A stretch of DNA of 52,586 nucleotides, from assembly GCA_000934665.2 (NCBI GenBank), contig JYFJ02005392.1, forward strand, positions 1 through 52,586, read 5' to 3'. The notes beneath the pieces are model-generated. The model ran no database searches. It was not told where the DNA came from and saw only the letters and a program-made list of their open reading frames with translations. The stretch comes from Catajapyx aquilonaris. Lineage: Eukaryota. Shown here piece after piece: positions 12,388 to 26,660 of the stretch (position 1 is its first letter; each line of letters starts with the position of its first letter). Position numbers and translations under genes: made by a program.

Positions 12388-12390
<3 letters not shown>

Positions 12391-12449
<59 letters not shown>

Positions 12450-12461
12450 NCCCCCCCCCCC
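12391..12461. repeat. (CT)n microsatellite followed by poly-C
   Basis: About 28 CT units, then a C run containing an N. Confidence 0.97.
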
Positions 12462-15400
12462 TTTCTTCGCACTCCTTGAACTGTCATGTTATTGACTTGT
12501 GTCAACCCACATGTCATCATTTTTAATGCTTCATTTTGCAAGCGACTCGAATCTTAGTGTTCCTGTGCGCAAGTGTGCCCAACTGCACCACCACAGCCAT
12601 TAAACCACGTCAAGTCCAATATGGCAATAGTAATAAAAATTAACGTGATGAATCAATGTTAGCCTTCCATTTAAGCAAGTCTCTGTAACTTTCACTGGAA
12701 GCACACCAGAAGGTGGTTATAAGTGAATTGGTCTCTATATAGAACATTTTTGGTGGGAAGGTGGCAAAATATTGCCTTCTCCATCAGTATAGTATTAGAT
12801 TACATGCTGGAAACGTTCTTTATTCTGACCATTGCATTGCATTGGCCTGGTGAAAAAAGTTCTATTCTTGACACGATGCCAAAGGTTTTAGATGTGACAT
12901 TACCAATGTTTAAGCAAGAAAAACAATCAAGCCTTGACAGGACATGTCCATTCAACCTGACACTAACAGGAAAATTGTCTGACTATGTAAATAATTGAGA
13001 AGGTACGTGCTTAATAAAAGCTGCTTAGTAGGGTATCAAAAATTCGATAACACAAACAATTCAGGTGGATCACTATGTAGACTTACTGCATGCTACAAAT
13101 TTTTGTAACAATAGCGTACTTTGAATTGACAGAATAATTTGCCAAAAAGTGTGCCAATTTTTTTAAAAAGTAAAGGATCCAACGTCAAAAGTCTGCAAGA
13201 TATCCTGCATGCCATTTGGTGTATTCTAAATAATGTAAGAAGTTAATGTTATAGAGTTAGAGTAGTCATTCGATATCACATTCTCCAGCTATACGACACG
13301 AAGTTCCCAATTTGGAAAAATACACCACCAAAGTAACATGATGTGATTATCGAAATTCATGCGGTTCGTGAACACCGCCAATAATAATAATAATTAGATA
13401 TGGTGTGCTATTATGTATCAAAGGCCTATATCACCCGTGAACATTTGGTCTTTCCTTTGTTATACTGCAGTTGTGAAGCCGCAAAGAGACACCGTAACTT
13501 TGTAGCCTGCAGTATTTAAAATCCAGAGAAGCTCACTGTATATGCGCGAAGGAAGAGGATTTTGTCGGTTTGGAGTAAGTGACACCGAAATAGAACGCGT
13601 GGAGGCTTCTCCTTTTGAATAATGCACGACTTCAACGCGCCAGAGTGGTGGATATATGAACTATTGTTAATGCGAGGTTTGGAGACTTTCTGCTTTTCAT
13701 TCAGTTGGCTGCTTTTTACTGAAAACGTATAAGTCCAGTGACGCTTGCTATTCAAATGTCTGTATACCGCCAGACCTTTCTTCTATAGTTTGTAAAGCAC
13801 TGGTGTCCCCGTTACAAATAATGGTCAGAAAAGGAAATATGAAAAAATTACCCTGCACAAAAGGCCGTTTTTCCTCATTCACATTGCACTGATCCTAATT
13901 ATATGAAAAAAAATATGACGAATTATTACAAATGAAATTAAAGAAAGGGTCATTTATAAGAGAGATGCTTGCGCTGGATGGATCATGAAGGAATTCTCGT
14001 GCTGTAGAATACTGTACAAGCTATCGTCGATAAGGGTCTATAGCAGGCAGCTCATATATACCTATAGAGAGCAGTCGGTGTACAGTATCACTCTTAAAGC
14101 TAAGCTCGTTCACTTTCATCCGCCGACTTTTCTCTCTCGGTCTTCCGTCCGCGACCTGTCTCAATCCTCGCTGTGCAGTAACTTTGACCTATGACCTATA
14201 ATCCCAGTCGTGGGAGAATCGTGAGGAGTTGTTTCAAGTATCCAAGTGTATACAAGTGTATACTGTGTTAGCTTGCATAGAGTGCATAGAACACACACTT
14301 CAAAGGCAGCTTTTGCAAGACGTCCCAGTCTATAATCCAATCCATGAATGGAGTATAATGGATACCCCGTGATAGGCCTCCTTGGGCCTTTTAGGGGATC
14401 ATATTTTAATTCCATAAATGGAGTAGAGTGGCTGGAGTATACTGAATACTGTATATTATGTGGTGTAGCTCGGCTAATGATAACTTATGAAATTGTGAAG
14501 CACTAACTGTGACTCATAGTCCTATATTTAAATACGACTGCACATTTCCAGCCAGAAGATATCTTGCGCCGATTTTTCATAATAATATTGTAATGAAGGA
14601 ACTCTTCAATCACTTCTGTATACAGCATATGCGTAGCACAAAATGCAGTACATTTTGAGTGAGGCCTGCTAACACAATTTTATGCTCGGTTGTTTATAAC
14701 TGGTAATCTGGCAAGTACTCTTCCACTAAGTTACTCTAATTTGGCAGTGCAATACCTGTAAAACACTATTTTTTTTGTTCCTTTGCTTGTCCCAAAATAC
14801 AACTGACAGATGTAGCTCGCTTGCAAAATCTCGGTTACGGAGTTTTGCTGTTGAAACGGGGCCAATAGCATGCAACAGTGAAGGTGTGTAACTATCAATT
14901 TGCAATATCATTGAGGACTGGTTGCATTACAGCAAAAGAAAAAGTTGCTAATTATACGTATGTCACAGGTATTCAGCACAGTAACTTACATAATTCGACA
15001 TAATCTTAGATTTCCTTAATTTTTGTTCGAACAACGTGCCCTTAGAGTCAAATGATATGTTATTTGTTGAAGTCAGTAAATTATATCCCCGCCCCCCACT
15101 CCTCCTTCCAGCATCATATTACGCACAATACCAGAGTACGAGTAATAATAATCGTTGCCAACAATAAATGTAAACTTGCTCTCAAACTTATATACCGATA
15201 TTCTCTGAGTAGACCAAAGAATTATCTATGAGTTGAACCTTCAATATTCCCATTTATATCGTCAGGTCCTAACAGGCTCGGAAATCAATGACGCGAGTCT
15301 CTGCCGTGTATAGCCTTACTAACTCTGGAAAAAGGAGACACACCCTTCTTTCAGCCAAGCTTATCAGCGTCACAATAATCATGGAGGTAAAAAAAAAAGT

Positions 15401-18400
15401 ATCTTTATATAGGCAAAGGGTCGACTCTTTACAATGCAGTAGTGTACTTAAATATTAAAACATTACTGCGCAGTAGGATTAGCAAATGCCCGCAAATGTA
15501 GTTGGTTAGTTGGGTCGTACTGGTCTGTGTACTACACCTGTCGCATGCCAAAGTGCAACTGGCATTGTACGTGCCAGGTAATAAATACAGTTGTTCACAT
15601 ACCGCATTCGATAGATATCCTGCGGCGCAAACGCACATGAACAAAAAAGGGATCAAGGTTTCTGTTGGAGGACTATTCTTGTGACATTACTGCCGTAGTG
15701 TTTGTATGTGTGTCTGTGTGTGTTTTTTTTCATTCAAAAGAATGGCTTGAGCTTTTAAATCGATGGCTTGAAAGTGAGGATATGCTCTGTGAAATGAGGC
15801 TCCATCCCCCCCAACCCGGGGTAGGGGGGGTAAGGCTCCAGCAGAGAAAAGTGTAATTAATTATTCATCTCCAAGTGTGAGCCATTCGCAAACGAAAGTG
15901 AAAGGATGACAGGCAGTGAAAAGAAAATAAATACGGTGTGACAAACTTAGCGACACATGTTCCCTTTCCCGACGTTGCCTGAACTAATACTCGACTTTTC
16001 TATATACAGCAAAAAGGAGCATTAGAGAGAGGGCTGGCAACATTGCCTCCTTCTGCAGCAATCCCAATCCATCGATTGTGAAGGAGTCTCTTTGAAAGTT
16101 TGAAATGCAGAATAGCGCTCATTATGTTTGTTCAGCTTACTCGCAGAACTGTAATCCGAACTAAGATCTTCTGCCTTTTTTCCCTTTGAACCTCCTTTGA
16201 GTGGCAGGTTAAAATTCCTGCAATACTACAAAGAAATACAGGGAATTTACGCTGACATCCGAAGAGTATTATACTCATCACACTGTATGAAGCCAGATTA
16301 CTGTTACTTATGCCAAAAAAGAGAGGCAGAACATAGGCTTTAGCCTATTCCAGATTGCAGACATATGATAGCAGAACTTGCATAACACGAGCAAAAAACA
16401 CATGATGTATTTGTGAAATACTCTTCTATAATCTAGCTCATAAATCTTCTCTGAATATCCTTCCACATTAGACTCCCGAGTCTATTCCTATCGTCTCCTG
16501 TATTCCTCTGCAAGAATCTACCCCCTGCCCCGTGACAAACCTGACATTACTGTCGTTAGACCAATAGTGAATAGCATATTTATATTGGGTATGTTATAGG
16601 GGCGTACAAGTATTACGTAGGTTATGAATTTGATATACCGATACGCTGTATTGATAGACTTGGTGGTTGCAGTCACGAAACTGGGCACTTTGATCGAGCC
16701 TCGTCCAATCAGCTCTTTCCACCGAATGTTAAAGTAACCGAATTATGTGGTACCTATAAGGTGGGTGCTTTGGAGCCACTTTGAAGGTGCACACAAATGC
16801 CGGGAAATTTATTGTAGGCTATAAAAGACATTTTTCTATATATAATGAAAATGACATTAAACTTTTTATTTCATTAGAATTATTCATTGTAGGACTTGTC
16901 CAAATAAATTCCTATAGTTGTTAAGCACAAAAAATCAAGAAAGCCGTTCAAAAAGTATTGTAAAACTTTTACGACATATTCAAAATAAAATATAAACATT
17001 AACGTCTCACTTCATCAGTTGCACACACGCTGGCCATATGTCGTAAATATCGAGGAAATATCCTTACAGTAGCCTATAGTAGATAAGAAACCAAACAATA
17101 AAAGAAGACCGACCTGAAACTGTTCTTTGAGATTGGGCAGAGCAGTAATCCGGTTCTTATGAATGAGAACAGTGCTGAGTTCCAGCGTTTGTGATGAACT
17201 AGATGCCGTATGCCGTGGACAGGAAGATAGGCAGGTGGACACAAAAAATACTGTACCTAAAGAAATGCGAGAATACAAACAAAATATAGGTATTCACCTT
17301 TTTACGACGCTCCATTTTACGACGTTTCACATTAACGACCTTTTCAAAATTACCTTAAAAATAAATATTGCGAAAATATTGCGAATAACAAAAAAGCGAA
17401 AATTAACTGAACGTTACACCTCTGAGTCCACCATGCTTTTATTGGTGCATATAGTGGCAGGGATTTCAAACGCTTTAGCGTAGATATACAGGGTGTTCCA
17501 AGTATCCGGGTCACTTTTGGATAACTGCTATCGCCCCATTCCTAAAATTCTCCAAATTAGCCGTGTATGCCATTGTATGCACCACGTGGCAACTCCGCCT
17601 GGTTTTGAGGGATTTATAATTTCAAGATATCTCGTTTGGTTCGGAGTGGGTGGGAAGGCTTAAGATAACAAAACTCCCACTCGTTCTTGGCCAGACTATA
17701 CAAGTTACACAGACGGAAAGAAGAGTGCGAGACACACCAGAGAAACACCATGCCGGAAATAATGAAAAAGTATGCTGGTGACAGCTGACGTGTTCATGGC
17801 TGAGCTGGTCAATCAGAATTAATTGTTTACCGTAGCAAATGTCGCTTCCTTTCTTCTTGATGTGCTTCATACCAGACTTGTGACTTCACGCCGGTTTGCT
17901 CATTAATAAGCAACTGGTTTGGCCAGACGACAGAAAAATCTTTCCTTTCGCCTTCAAATCATTTGAGATTTAATGGTAAACCTCGGGGTTTTTCAAATTC
18001 AATTCAAGTAGGCCTACACGTGTCACACCTGCATCTGCTAACATGCTCACTGGTAAATTGTTTCATCAAGTGTAATGTCCAATCTGTTGGCGACAAGAAA
18101 GTTAAGAGTGTAAAATGGATCAGTCCATCTTGGTAACTTACGATTTAAAAATATCACTATTTGAAATCAGAACTTTGTGGGTGGGATACGTTGTGAATAC
18201 CCCCATCCGTCCACTGTCCCAATCAGGGTGAATGTGTGACAAGATTGTTTTGGGTGAGATGAGATTGTGCTTTCAGGGTGGGAATAGAAGTCACTTTCCA
18301 AGGACTGTCTGACATCTGGCAGGTCTTTACACGCATTTACAATGCACATCATAGTATTCATTCCCAGTCAATAAACCATATCAGTAAGCAAATGCCTGAA

Positions 18401-19359
18401 AAATTTACATCAGATGACTTGTTGTGTTGCCTATCAGACAGCCACTGCTCTTCATCGTGCAATTTTGCGCACGCTGTTTTATTCAGAGAGATTATAGATC
18501 CAACCTTATAGTGTATAGCTATATACCACAGAGGTTAACGATCCAAAAGGCACATAATTAAATTTTCATGATATTGCCATATAACTACGCCGGGTCATAT
18601 TATATCGATTATTAACTTTTATCACCAAGAAGTGGTGCAATTATGATAATTAAAAGGTACGTTCGATAACTTCAGTAATCATGGAAATTATGCATTGTAC
18701 AAATCAAAAGCACAATAGTCTATTATTATTTAGGCGCTCTGAAGTGTAGAAAGCGTGCATGTACAGGATAATATTACATACATTTGTAACTATACCGTAT
18801 TTGGCTGTAATATTCTTGGGTGATTGTTGCTTATTTTCCTATACACATGGCATATTCAAAATAAGCGTTATCGTTCTGGATATGAGTCACATGAAACAAA
18901 AACTCAGGACGGAATAACTATTCCGTCCTGTTTCATGCATTATGATGCAGTACCAACATCATGCATTCGTGATGAAGTAGGTCTATGCTACTGTATCATC
19001 ATAAATTAGTTCATAGTCAAAATGCAACTCAAGATAAGAATGATATAGAGCAGCATTTATACTGCATTGTACAGATCACAAGTCTAAGTCTGCTGTGACA
19101 ATACATGGTAAAGGCCTTACATTATTGTTCCCTGGTAATGAGGTAATAAGCGGAGATGTTTTCGCAATTTTCGTGAAACTGAGAATTGCTTGCCAATTTT
19201 TAAAAATCGTAAAGAATCCTTGTTACATTACCGTATACGTTTGATAGTTTACCATGTAACCTAGCGTATATAAGCTTGACTATTGAGGCGGGCTTTGACG
19301 TATTTTTCGAACGCAGGCCCATTTACAGCCCCAGAAAAAGACCACAGCATTATTAAGGA

Positions 19360-19476
19360 GCTGGTGCGTGATTGATAGTGGTAAATCCAGAGCAAGTAAT
19401 TGATCCTGAATTCTGAATATGAATAACATGGGATCAATTACTTTTCCAGGATTTATAGCCGATCACGTACCCAGCC
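19360..19476. repeat. Imperfect inverted repeat (foldback relic)
   Basis: gctgg..cgtgat..taaatcc..aagtaattgatcc mirrored by ggatcaattactt..ggattta..atcacg..ccagc. Confidence 0.7.
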
Positions 19477-20900
19477 ATAAATGAAAAAATAATAGCCATA
19501 TTATGCGTCATTTCCCCCCCCCCCCNCCCCCCCCAAAAAAAAAAAATATTTGAAGCCCTTTCTCACGAATATTTCTGGTTTTACGCAAATAGCACAAATA
19601 ACAACGTAACTCGTAACAAAAATGTTCAGTTTTGTCCTATTTGTAACATTATTTTTAATTTCTTCATAGAGGCCTTAACAACAGCCTTAATTTGTCTAAT
19701 TTGCACTCCTCAAGGTGACAAAGTGGGGAAACAAACCATTGGACTTCAGACACGCGGTAACTATACTGCATCAAGTCTAGTGCGTGAAGGAGTATATACC
19801 GCAACACGTGCTTTCGTGTTTGTTGGACGTTGTTCATGACGTTCCGTACTTGTTTTACGCAATTCTGTAACATAAGAATAGTGCCAACCGTGATAGATCC
19901 GTCTCACGTCATCAAGTGATCGTACAAACAATCGCAACTGTGACGATCATATATAGGGAGAGGTTGTTTCGTAAATCTTATGCATATTGCTTTCATCGGT
20001 ATGTTTGTGATCGATATCCAAACCTATACCATTAGGATATTTTGGTCCATTAGCAAATACGTTGGAGCATACAGCAGAGAATCTAGGTACAAAAATAGGG
20101 TAAATGCCTCCATTTTCTCCCTGTAAGTAACATAATAAGGAAGATCGAAAGTGCAAAACTATCAGAAACACAGTTCTGTCGAAATTGAGTTAGGCATTGT
20201 GTAATGGCAGTCCTCGATGCGTACTTTCTGATGATCAGGTTAATTTTATGCTATAGCATATAGCCCTATATATAGAAATGTCGAAAAACTCGCATATAAT
20301 GGCTAATTCAATCGGAAAACTTCAAACCCTCACTACTCGAAATCATTCCAATACGACACTGATCGTTCTGCATTTCAGGCCTTATTATATGTCCTTCTCC
20401 GATTCCATGGTTCAATAAACTTGCGCTAGGCTTGTTACCGCAGCAGCCACAGGAGTGTGCGTAGTGAGAGCAGAAGCTTTCAGACTACATAGGACGGAAA
20501 TTCTCAAAAGTCACATTCTTGTCTCATTTACACTAACTCAAGTCTTCACTTGACATGGATTGAACCCACTTACTCGTCACATACCATATCGATGTGGGAC
20601 ACACAACTATAATAAAAAAGGGTTCTTCGCTGGATCACCCTATAGCTCCTACAAGAACTTTCGACTTGAACTGAACAACTTTCTAACGTATAGTCCGTGG
20701 CAATCAATTTATTCTTCAGATAAGGAAAGGCATTTTTCCCGGTTCACCGATATTGGTATAGCAAGCTCGAGTCGTCCCATTCTTATCCTATCGTCCACAC
20801 AACGAACGTCACACTCTGCTTCAGTCATCTTATACTGTATGATGGTCAATATTAGAGAAGGCAATAATATTGATATAAAGGTGGATCCTTACCAGGAATA

Positions 20901-21289
20901 CAGGGTGTTCCAATTGAAATGTCCGTTTTAATGAGCGATTTTAAACTCTAAGCTGCATATTTTAAGCAGTTACTTTGGAGTAGTTCCTTGTAGTGGTTAT
21001 CAAAAGTATTAGAAAATATTATGAAGAATATAATCATATTTATGCCAGCTCTGAATTTTAATGGATTTGAGGTTAGGAATAATACATTGGAACAATCGGC
21101 ATCGAACGTCAGCGATATAGAACTCCGCACTTATGTCAAGCAAGACACACTTGCAGGTCGAGAAACTTAATAGCACCAACTAATGGATTTGATATAGCCG
21201 CTAAAAATTTCTATTCAAAACCGGAACTGCTTAAAAGCAATCATCGTTATTATCGAAAATTAAAATTGACATTTCAATAAATCAGCCTG
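20901..21289. mobile_element. Tc1/mariner-type MITE, TA-flanked
   Basis: TA-cagggtgttccaattgaaatgtc and gacatttcaataaatcagcctg-TA. Confidence 0.75.
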
Positions 21290-23489
21290 TATATATCTCA
21301 TATAACGTTTGCAGCAGACTAGTATAAAAATGAAAATAGACACAGAAATAGCAGGACTTATCACTCTCTAATAATTTGTGGTAACAATTTGAGATTGTTT
21401 TAGCCAATAACCTGTGACACAAGTCATACGTAATTTCCACCTGGAAGTGCTATAATTTTACAGAGGTTATATCGTTGCAGCATATTGACCCTGATCAAAA
21501 ATAGGTTACGTGCCACTATTAATTTGACATATTTATAGCCACAAGCGAAAACATGTCATGGCATGTGCGACGCGGGCTTTTACCGAGTGAATATAATAAG
21601 CAGGAATGCCCAACTCAATTAACTTGCATTACATCTGCATGTTTAAAATAGCAACACTCTGGCGAATATTAGGCCAGCCGAATCAGTACCACATTACTCG
21701 ACTGTTATGAGTTTGCTCGTGGCAGGCTACATTAACCTGTAGCATATACTGTAAATTAAAATCCAACACTAGATACCTGTCACCAAACGAAAACGAGGTC
21801 ACCATCGAGTTAAAAATATTCTATAGTTTACTGTAAGTTAATGAAGTACTGTCATCTTCAGGCTTGTGACATATTGGGTATTGACAAGCACTGCCTTTGT
21901 GATCTAACCAAGTGGCACTCGGTTAGAATTGAACCCAAACGTAAGTGGAATCTGTAGAGCTATATATATAAAAAAATCGCATTCCTGAATTAGAGGCTGA
22001 TCCATGAGAAGTTTGAAGTGCCATTCAATCTGTTCATATAAAACGCTCATGTTTGTGCCAGTGCACTCGAGGAATTCCGATTCCTGTCATTTCGCCATTC
22101 TCTCCGATTTTCCCCATCCTCTTCTGTTCATTCAAGTAATTACCCGCTTACCCCTCCACTCGGAACATATTAATCTCGCACATCCATCAGGCTCACATTC
22201 ACGGAACAAAAAAAAAAGGCTTGTCTGCAATGCCCGTCATATTCTCAAACCTATTATTATCGATCTTGACTTCTGAGTGTGACGCAAAAGTGCCTTTCAA
22301 AATGACACTCGCCGAACGTTTCGGTATACTACTGGCAAACAGCAAACACGCTATTCAAGAGTGTTACCGCAGAGATGATATCATATACTCGTGTCATGTT
22401 TCTCAGAATATTTTTTTTCTTATACCCGTATATATACAGTAGGTCTACAGAGTATATGCCAGATCAATTTTTTTTTTAGATTCGTCGTCCTAGAAAGTGT
22501 GACGACGGAAAATGAAGTATTGTATATCGGAGCGTCTTTCAATAGATCTGATGAAAGGGAAAACGAATTCATTCATTGCGTGCGTAGGGATTTTTTTTTA
22601 CTTCGATTTGGAGTCCAGGAAAGGGGTTGAAGTACCTGAGTCACGGAGGTTGTGATCAGAAGGTGCTATAGACGGAAGCTGGTAAATCTGGTATTGAAAT
22701 TTTTCTTTGGTTGTTAATGAGTGTTGAGTGAGTCATTACCAATGGGTCCTGAGATTTATATGCGGTGAATAATGCGGCTCACTTGAGCAAAGTCGCTAAC
22801 TGCTATCTTGATAGGTTTCTGTAAGTGTCAACAACTTTTGTTGACATATTAGTAATCGTGTAATTCGCACCGCTAGTGGGAGTTATTACGTCATGTATTT
22901 CCATTGTGAGATTGTCGTGCCTGGTTACAATGGTCTGGCCAAATCGTATATATACGATTACATTGCTCGAACTGTGTCACGATCATTTAAAATAGGGAAA
23001 CTATTTGCCGTAGTAACTCGTACAAATGTTATGCATGAGTTTGTCTCAATAGGTGAATCATTGGCTCATACATTTATTAAATAATCGATTTTATGTTGCG
23101 ATTACACCGCTTCATCGATGATGAAAACAATCTTCGACATCCATCTGTCACTAATTGAAACATGGAAGGATGACTTGAGGGCAAAGTCATTAATTTTAAA
23201 ATCTAATTTGTAATTCGAAAATGGGTAATGAGAACATTGAAGCCCACGCCAATTTTTGATTAGATCTACAGACTAATAACCTAGTAACATACCATCCAGT
23301 AAACTCTATATTGTGAGTGTTACGAAAGATCGTGTACCAAAAGTATATAAAATTAGAAACTTTAAATCGTCTACTACTAGCCTACTACGTATATAGTAGT
23401 CTGTGCTAGTGTGACTATTCAAATCCGCCACATGATAAACTCATAGGACAGTTCCTTGATAATCAGGTGGCTAGTAATACAGGTTAATC

Positions 23490-23600
23490 AGGACGGAGGG
23501 ATTTTCTCACGTGGAAAGATGGGAAAGAAATGAGTTCGCTCCGAGTTAGCGTAGGTTTTCTCTCTCAGGGTTCTCCCGTTTCCTCCCACAATCAAGATGC
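23490..23600 (+). mobile_element. Degenerate SINE with V/Meta-SINE-like core
   Basis: gcgtaggttttctctctcagggttctcccgtttcctcccaca resembles GGTTTYCTCCGGGTRCTCCGGTTTCCTCCCAC. Confidence 0.6.
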
Positions 23601-26572
23601 AGCGCAGGCAATCCGGTGTTCCAAAAAAAAAAAATCCCATATGAGGCCGCAGCAGGCTTAGCACGGGATGTCGAATTAGGTGTCTAGGAAATATACAGGG
23701 TGTTCAAACTATGCGGGTCGCTTTAGTTATAGAATTTTTGCTCAAAGCTGTCATTTTTGTAGCGTGTTGCGCCCGGCTCCAGGTGGACTATTATGTAGCA
23801 ATGCTGTATTCGTATATAAATATTCGTACCATAGATTAACGATTCGTACATAAATAAAGTAACCCTCCTGGTTTCCATCTGACGATATACCGGATAGCTA
23901 CAGTACTTTTTCTAGTCAAGAGAGGAGAGCCACCTGACTATCAGGCTTTCGCGAACAATCTAACATACTAAGCCTGTAGTCACTATACTGAAGAACCTGA
24001 GTAGTACTCGGGTTCTTCAGTTAATGATTTTGATTAGCAGGTTATTATGCAGAAGTAAAAATGCAAGTGTCCTAGAGTACTTTTAATACCACTTTGACGC
24101 CCACGTTGGAGCTGGAATACGAGACACTACTGACGTCAACCGAAGTTATTCCTTGGGCTGTAATCTCATTACTATACGGTATACCGTACGCAAGGAGTTG
24201 TAAACTTCAACGAAATGATCCACTTACTGTAACAATTCAAATTTCTTGAAGCAGAAACAGAAGCTGTCTTGGAGTGACAACAATGGCGCACTTACCTTGA
24301 CACGTGGCCTCTCAGGCCATTTCATCACATACAGACCATATTATTGGTGTGGCCTAGATCTCATTTCGAGACTTCCGTTTCTCAGCAGATAATTGTTCCC
24401 ATGATGAAGGAAAATATCTCCCCCACAAGCTACGCGCGTGTACAATCTACGCCGTATGAGGATGCAAATGAAATATACAAACAAAAATATAAATGTTTGA
24501 AGGACGTGATAAAGAGAGGCAATTTCTTTTCACATTCATCACGGGTTATTTTTCGCAGAAATTTGCGCCAGGTGTGGTCCTACCCACTTGTATGAGGAGT
24601 AATGAAAATGAGACCGACTCTATTGAAAACACTTTCTCCATCCAAATGACTCTTCAGAGGCAGGGAACCCAAGCGCTCTCAACTTCATATTCGCAACCGT
24701 AGTCAGTTTTTCGATGATATAGGAGAATACAGAGCTTAATTTTGTGGGAATTATTTCTTACTGTTCTGTAATTACCTGGTACCGACGTCTTATATACATC
24801 AAAAGAGGAGGAAACCCCTCTAGGAAAATTGTCATTATTTTGAGCGCAGCCTTTGCCCTCTCCTTAACTCCACAGGATTTCTGAGATGCCTTGTAGATTT
24901 TCCGAGGGGGTAACAACTTCGTAAATCCGATGCGCACTTCGCCATAAATCCCTTCATATACCGTATCTCTGCATAAAGCCCATCAATCTGGTACACACTA
25001 AACTGATAAGTTGTTAGCCCCTTGGGATTTTCCTGAATCTTCTTGTGAATCCAGGATATTTGACTTCGAGAATCTATGGTGGGCGGGATTCATGTCATGT
25101 CTATAGTATCAAGACGCATTTTCTATCCTTTCTACGAACCACTGACTTCTGGAAGCTTCTTTTAATATGATGCTATAAGCCTATAACGGTATTAAATATA
25201 CAAGGAAATACGCAGAACAGCGAAACGCAATTCCCAGAAGTATACCTCGCTCTTCAAAAAAGACGCTTATTTCACCTAATCAAAGTTGACAACATGTTTT
25301 CCGCTAAGGTTATAGACATCTTTGAATGCCTCACAAATTGAACCTCACTCTCGAGTCCTATACCATATAAGCGTATTTCTCTATGGTGCTTTATAAACCT
25401 TCATTGTGATGGACCGGAGAGGAGGTATTAATAACATTGAGGAGTAGCCAATACGCCTACTATACTGAACGTAATAAGATTTTCGGCATATCCTTTTTTT
25501 TTGCTGTCAACAGTTTCCAGGTCGATAAACACTTAGTAGACTCTCCGTATAGAGCTTAAAAGATTACTCGAAGACATTATATGTGAAATAATTTTTGAAA
25601 ACTGAATTAACCGACATGGGTCTAAGGTTCAGGCTGGGCTCATACAGGCTCCAGGAACGTTATTGTTGCTTTTGCCAATATGTATCTTATCAGTTGGCAT
25701 CAGGAATGGTGACCAGAGATCCTGGATCCCGCACCCGGCACAAATGTTGAGGTTTTGGAATACAGTATCACTGTTGCGTAAACTCTGCAATATTTTTCCG
25801 CATGTCTGGAATTTTTTGAGTAAGTTCGGATCTACATATGTGTCGGAGCTACGCATTTTTTTCAATATGCAGAATCGCATAGAAATTTTTATGCAATTTA
25901 AACATTTTAAATTTAATAAAAATTACTATAATGGGTTGGGGGGCACTCCAATACAACCGCTCTACTGTATACACTTTCTAATTTTAAAAGCGAAAAATAA
26001 TTTCAAACTCTATGTTCACAGTCTATTCTATTAATAGAAAATAATTATAGGGGTGGGAGAACTAAGCGATAGCATGAATTTGAGAAAATCGATGCCTCAA
26101 TATACACATAATAACATGGAAAGCAAACGTGGTTGATTTGCCTCAATTCTGTAGTTTTAATTGCACTGATTGCAACATCTACATGGTATAAATTCTTCCA
26201 ATACTGCCTAATGACCAAGCATGCAGTGTAAGTACTCTGCTATAGTAAAATTAAAAACTGGCTGAAACTTGCTCCCGCGAACACAGCACCGCCCAGTTAT
26301 AGGCTATGTATCTGTCCGACGCTGTCGCGAATCTGCGCAAAACCCAGAAAAACATGTCAAGTGGGTGAGGGTGGGTGACAGCAGGGCGGGAGGGTGTCCG
26401 GGATGCCAATAAAATGAGCCGTGGACAGCTATCCGTCTTCAGAACTCGAGTTCGACTCGTCACGTGCAGAGAGCTCATTCCATAGACTACTATTGTGCTC
26501 TTCACTGTGTGAGTATGAAGTGTGCATGGCTCTGAGATTGAATGAGATCGCATAATACTGTTTATTTGGGTG

Positions 26573-26647
26573 GGTCCCATAGTGTAGATGGAAGCACTCT
26601 GGTTCTCAAGTGGACCAGCAGTCCGAGTTCGAATCTCGGTGGGGCCT
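26573..26647 (+). tRNA. tRNA-Gln-like gene or pseudogene with atypical, enlarged anticodon loop
   Basis: Acceptor GGTCCCA/TGGGGCC plus discriminator T; D stem GTGT/GCAC; anticodon stem CTGGT/ACCAG around a 10-nt loop; T arm CCGAG-TTCGAAT-CTCGG; T7 run at 26654-26660. Confidence 0.75.
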
Positions 26648-26653
26648 TGCCAC

Positions 26654-26660
26654 TTTTTTT
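26654..26660 (+). terminator. RNA Pol III terminator (T7)
   Basis: T run 6 nt after the tRNA-like discriminator base. Confidence 0.6.

Noticed and set aside
12212..12541. ORFs with ER and SL dipeptide runs
   Set aside because: These are translations of the (CT)n microsatellite.
17489..17525. Isolated tacagggtg termini (also near 7472, 23695, 31984) as complete MITEs
   Set aside because: Partner inverted ends could not be located, so boundaries are unsupported.
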